Source: Azolla caroliniana
Taxonomy: Eukaryota > Plantae > Polypodiophyta
Length of the DNA: 64,000 nt
Direction: 5' to 3'
NCBI GenBank assembly: GCA_043228905.1
Contig: JBHGNT010000002.1
Coordinates: 12,338,001 to 12,402,000, forward strand
Of this stretch, positions 60,762-64,000 are shown piece after piece. How positions within the stretch are numbered: the first letter of the stretch is position 1; the number at the start of each line of letters is the position of its first letter. A model generated the notes under the pieces. It saw nothing but the letters and a program-made list of their open reading frames with translations, ran no database searches and had not been told where the DNA came from. The translations under genes were made by a program, and so were the position numbers.

Positions 60762-63700
60762 ACACCGAAAGCAAAATGCTATACATGGAGGAAGATAGGC
60801 CACGTGGTGAATCGACGCGTGATGGAGGTAGCCGAAAAGAGTAGAACGTGCGGCATAATCAAAATGCCGGAAGCAAGGGGAAACCGGCAAGAGAAGGCCG
60901 CAACGGATTGCTAGTAGTGTGGCAAGAAAGGCCACAGGGAGAGCGAGTGCTGGAAGAAACGAGCCGATTCCGACAAAGCTGGATCGAGGCGAAGAGACGT
61001 AGAGAGGCGTCAAAGGTCACACTATGAGAAAGGCTCCAAATGAGCCGGAAATGGATCGGGCCCAACCTTTGTAATGAAGCACAAGGCTAATTCAATGGCC
61101 ATGAACACCTCGAGGGCAAACGAGGTGTGGTATATTGACTCTGAAGCGTCAAATCATATAACGAGTCACGAGGAATGGTTCTCATACTTGGAGAAACCGG
61201 AAAAGCAAGGAGTGGTCGAAACAGGAGACGACACTCTGCATACCATTAAACATGTTGGTGAAGTTCCCCTCAGTCACGTTGGACAAAAAGGGAAGCTCAT
61301 GAACGTGCTACACGTCCCAACAATAACCAAGAACCTGGTGTGGGTTGGCCAAATTGTTGACCAGGGGATGCAAGTTCGATTCACACATCACGGGTGCTTC
61401 ATAGGAGAGGAAGGCAAGATAATCACGCAAGGGCACCGTGAAGGGAGGATGTTTATCCTCGAGACCAATGACGTAGGCACCGTTATCTTCGTAAAAGGAC
61501 AAAAGGTCGAATCAAATATCGACCTGTGGCACAAGCGGTTCGGCCACGTCAATTTCCCGAAGCTACGAGAAATGCAAACGGAAAACATCATTTTCGGCTT
61601 GCCGAAATTCAGTGGCCAAAAGGGGCAAGTTTGCGAAGCTTGCCCGTTGGGAAAACATCAATGACTTCCATTCCCCAATGAGCATAACCGGAGTCGAAAT
61701 ACACTTGATGTGATCCATTCGGATGTATGGGGACCGACACAGAACGTGAGTCTCCGTGGAAGCCGATATTTCGTGATTTTCATCGATGACTTCTCTTAGA
61801 ACACTTGGGTGTGCTTGATCGGGAAAAAGAGCGAAGACTTGGCGTGTTTCGTGAAGGTAAAGAGCCTTGAGGAAAGGGAAACTGGGCGTAAGATCAAGTG
61901 CCTACGGTCCGATAGCGGGAAGGAGTACTTCGCCGACTAGTTCACGAGCTATCTGCAGAAGGAGGGAATTTGATGTGAATTCTTGTGTAGATACACGCCG
62001 TAGCAGAACGGCGTGGCCGAGCGGAAGAATTAGACAATCGAAGAGGCGACAAGGGCGATGCTTGAAGAGAAGCATTTGCCGAAGTTCTATTGGGCGAAAG
62101 CGGTCAGAACAGTTGTCTACCTACAGAATCAGACTTTTGCCAATGGAGGAGTGTCACCAAATGAGTTGTACTTCGGCAAAAAGCCGAACTTGGCACACTT
62201 GAAGGTTTTCGGTAGCATAGCGTATGTGCATGTGCTGAAGGAGACACGGAGGAAGTTGGACGCCAAAGTCGAGAAGTGTATCCTGGTTGGGTACTCGGAG
62301 GAACATAAGGGTTATAAGTGTTATAATCCCCGAACCAAACAAGATCGTGTAAGTCGAGATGTCGTGTTCGACAAGTCCGTTTCGTGGTACTTGTCTTTGA
62401 CCCCAATATCCAATGACTCCACTCCGAATTCTGAAGAAGAGGTCAACGAGGTTGAGATGCCTTCGTGCGATTTAGGAAATCGAAGCTCTAGGAGAGAGTC
62501 CGATCTCTTTTCGGCTAAGTGGGCCGAGTGAGGGGTTGAGCCGAGATGGTCAATCGTGTGAAGAGCCGGCGAGTAGTGGAGACTCGCCCGTGTTGTCCCT
62601 GCGTAAGCAACCGAGGAGACAGTTTACATGTAGAGAGAAGGGGGAAGAAGAAGATGTTGGAGTACGAGTTCGGCAGTGCCGAGTCAGATTGGAGCGAACC
62701 TGACTTCGGGCCAATTGAAAAAGAAACTTTGTGTAAGAGGTTGAAGTCGGCCGAGATGGTCGCGAAATCGGCTAATCACGAATTACGCTGATCTACTTGC
62801 CTAAAGAACCCTGTAAAGAGATATGGGTATAATGAGTACATGGCACACCATTATGCGTACATGACGCGAGTGGCGGAAGTGCATGAGCTGGAGAGCTACG
62901 TAAAAGCGATGGAAGACGCAAACTAGCATGCCGCGATGGAGGAAGAGATGCGTGAGTTATCGGATAACAAGACTTCGGACCTGGTTGACGCATTGAAGGG
63001 TGTGAAGCCAATCGTATGCAGATGGGTGTATATGGTCAAGTACAACACCGACGCCTCTGTCAACCGCTACAAGGCCTGATTAGTGGTGAAAGGCTACGTG
63101 CAGAAGCACGACGTGGATTATGAAGAGATCTTCGCGCCGATCGCGAAGATTACCACCATGCGTGTTCTGCTAGCCGTAGCAGCGGCGAAGCGGTGGCATC
63201 TACATCAGATGGATGTGAAGAATGCGGTCCTGCAAGGTGACCTTGAGGAGCAGGTGTACATGGTACAACCCCCCGGATTCTTATCCGAACATAACACTTC
63301 GGCAGTGTGCTGATTGAAGAAGTCGTTATATGAACTTATAGTAAGCCCCGCGAGCTTGGAATGTGAAGATTACACAACGGTTGTGTAAGATGGGGTTTGC
63401 GCCATCGAAATCGGACTCTTCATTGTTCGTTCGGCAAGGTTGATATGGACTAGTTTTTCTTTTACTTTATGTTGATGATTTAGTCATCGTCGGTGTCGAT
63501 CTAGATGAAATCGGTCGCGTAAAGTTTCAGCTTGCGGCATCATTTGACATGAAGGATCTTGGAGACCTTCATTGCTTCCTTGGGATCGAAGTGATCCGCA
63601 CCTGGAAGTCATATTGATCAGCCAATGTCATTACGTGCTAAATATGCTCTTCAAGTTCAAGATGGCAGATTGTAAGCCCGTCTCGACCCCTCTGGATAGA

Positions 63701-64000
63701 AACTTCAAGCTTCGCCAAGATTTGAGAAAGGCGTGCGACCCAACACGGTTCCAACAAATTGTCGGAAGCCTAATCTATTTGACGATCACTCGACCGGATC
63801 TCAGCTACCTGGTCGGCCTCATCAGTCAATTTATGCTGCAACCCACGACCGAACCTTTTAGTGTGTGCAAAGGATACTGCGATATGTCAACAACACTAAA
63901 GACATGGTGTTGTTGTGTCGGGCAGGCGTAGTCGAACAGTTAGTTGGCTACACGGATGCGGATTGGGCCAGAAATGCCAACGATCATAGATCCACATCTG
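60762..64000 (+). pseudogene. Copia F right part: gag knuckle, PR, IN, RT, start of RH (decayed), running off the window
   Basis: [53 protein letters not shown]. Confidence 0.92.

Overview
Gene-free, heterochromatin-like plant region made almost entirely of nested retrotransposons. The host is probably a non-seed plant, inferred from the Tcn1-type chromoviruses and the RTEX-like LINE. No host gene is supported. The centre is a nest bounded by target-site duplications (TSDs). A decayed Copia (27530-28014 plus 60762-64000) is split by Gypsy A (28015-60761, minus strand, TSD ACAC, tRNA-Trp PBS). The 3' LTR of A holds Gypsy B (28387-43650, TSD AGAAG), which carries an extra ~930-aa ORF. That ORF is split by a young, intact Tnt1/Tork-like Copia C (35169-40502, TSD GGAAA). 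The gag of A holds chromovirus E, and the chromodomain of E holds Copia D. The left half contains more chromovirus, Copia, gag-only and LINE remnants. The strongest signals are in the ~410-bp chromovirus LTR. It combines an antisense tRNA-shaped A-box/B-box cassette at its terminus, a heat-shock element array, a TATA box and a Tf1-type self-priming sequence in place of a tRNA PBS. The same tRNA-shaped cassette occurs in the LTR of an unrelated Gypsy lineage. Other signals are two conserved-looking -1 frameshift sites (one after the protease), strong CCGG enrichment in the youngest elements, and a gag swap between two related Copias. All calls come from reading by eye; no database search was run.
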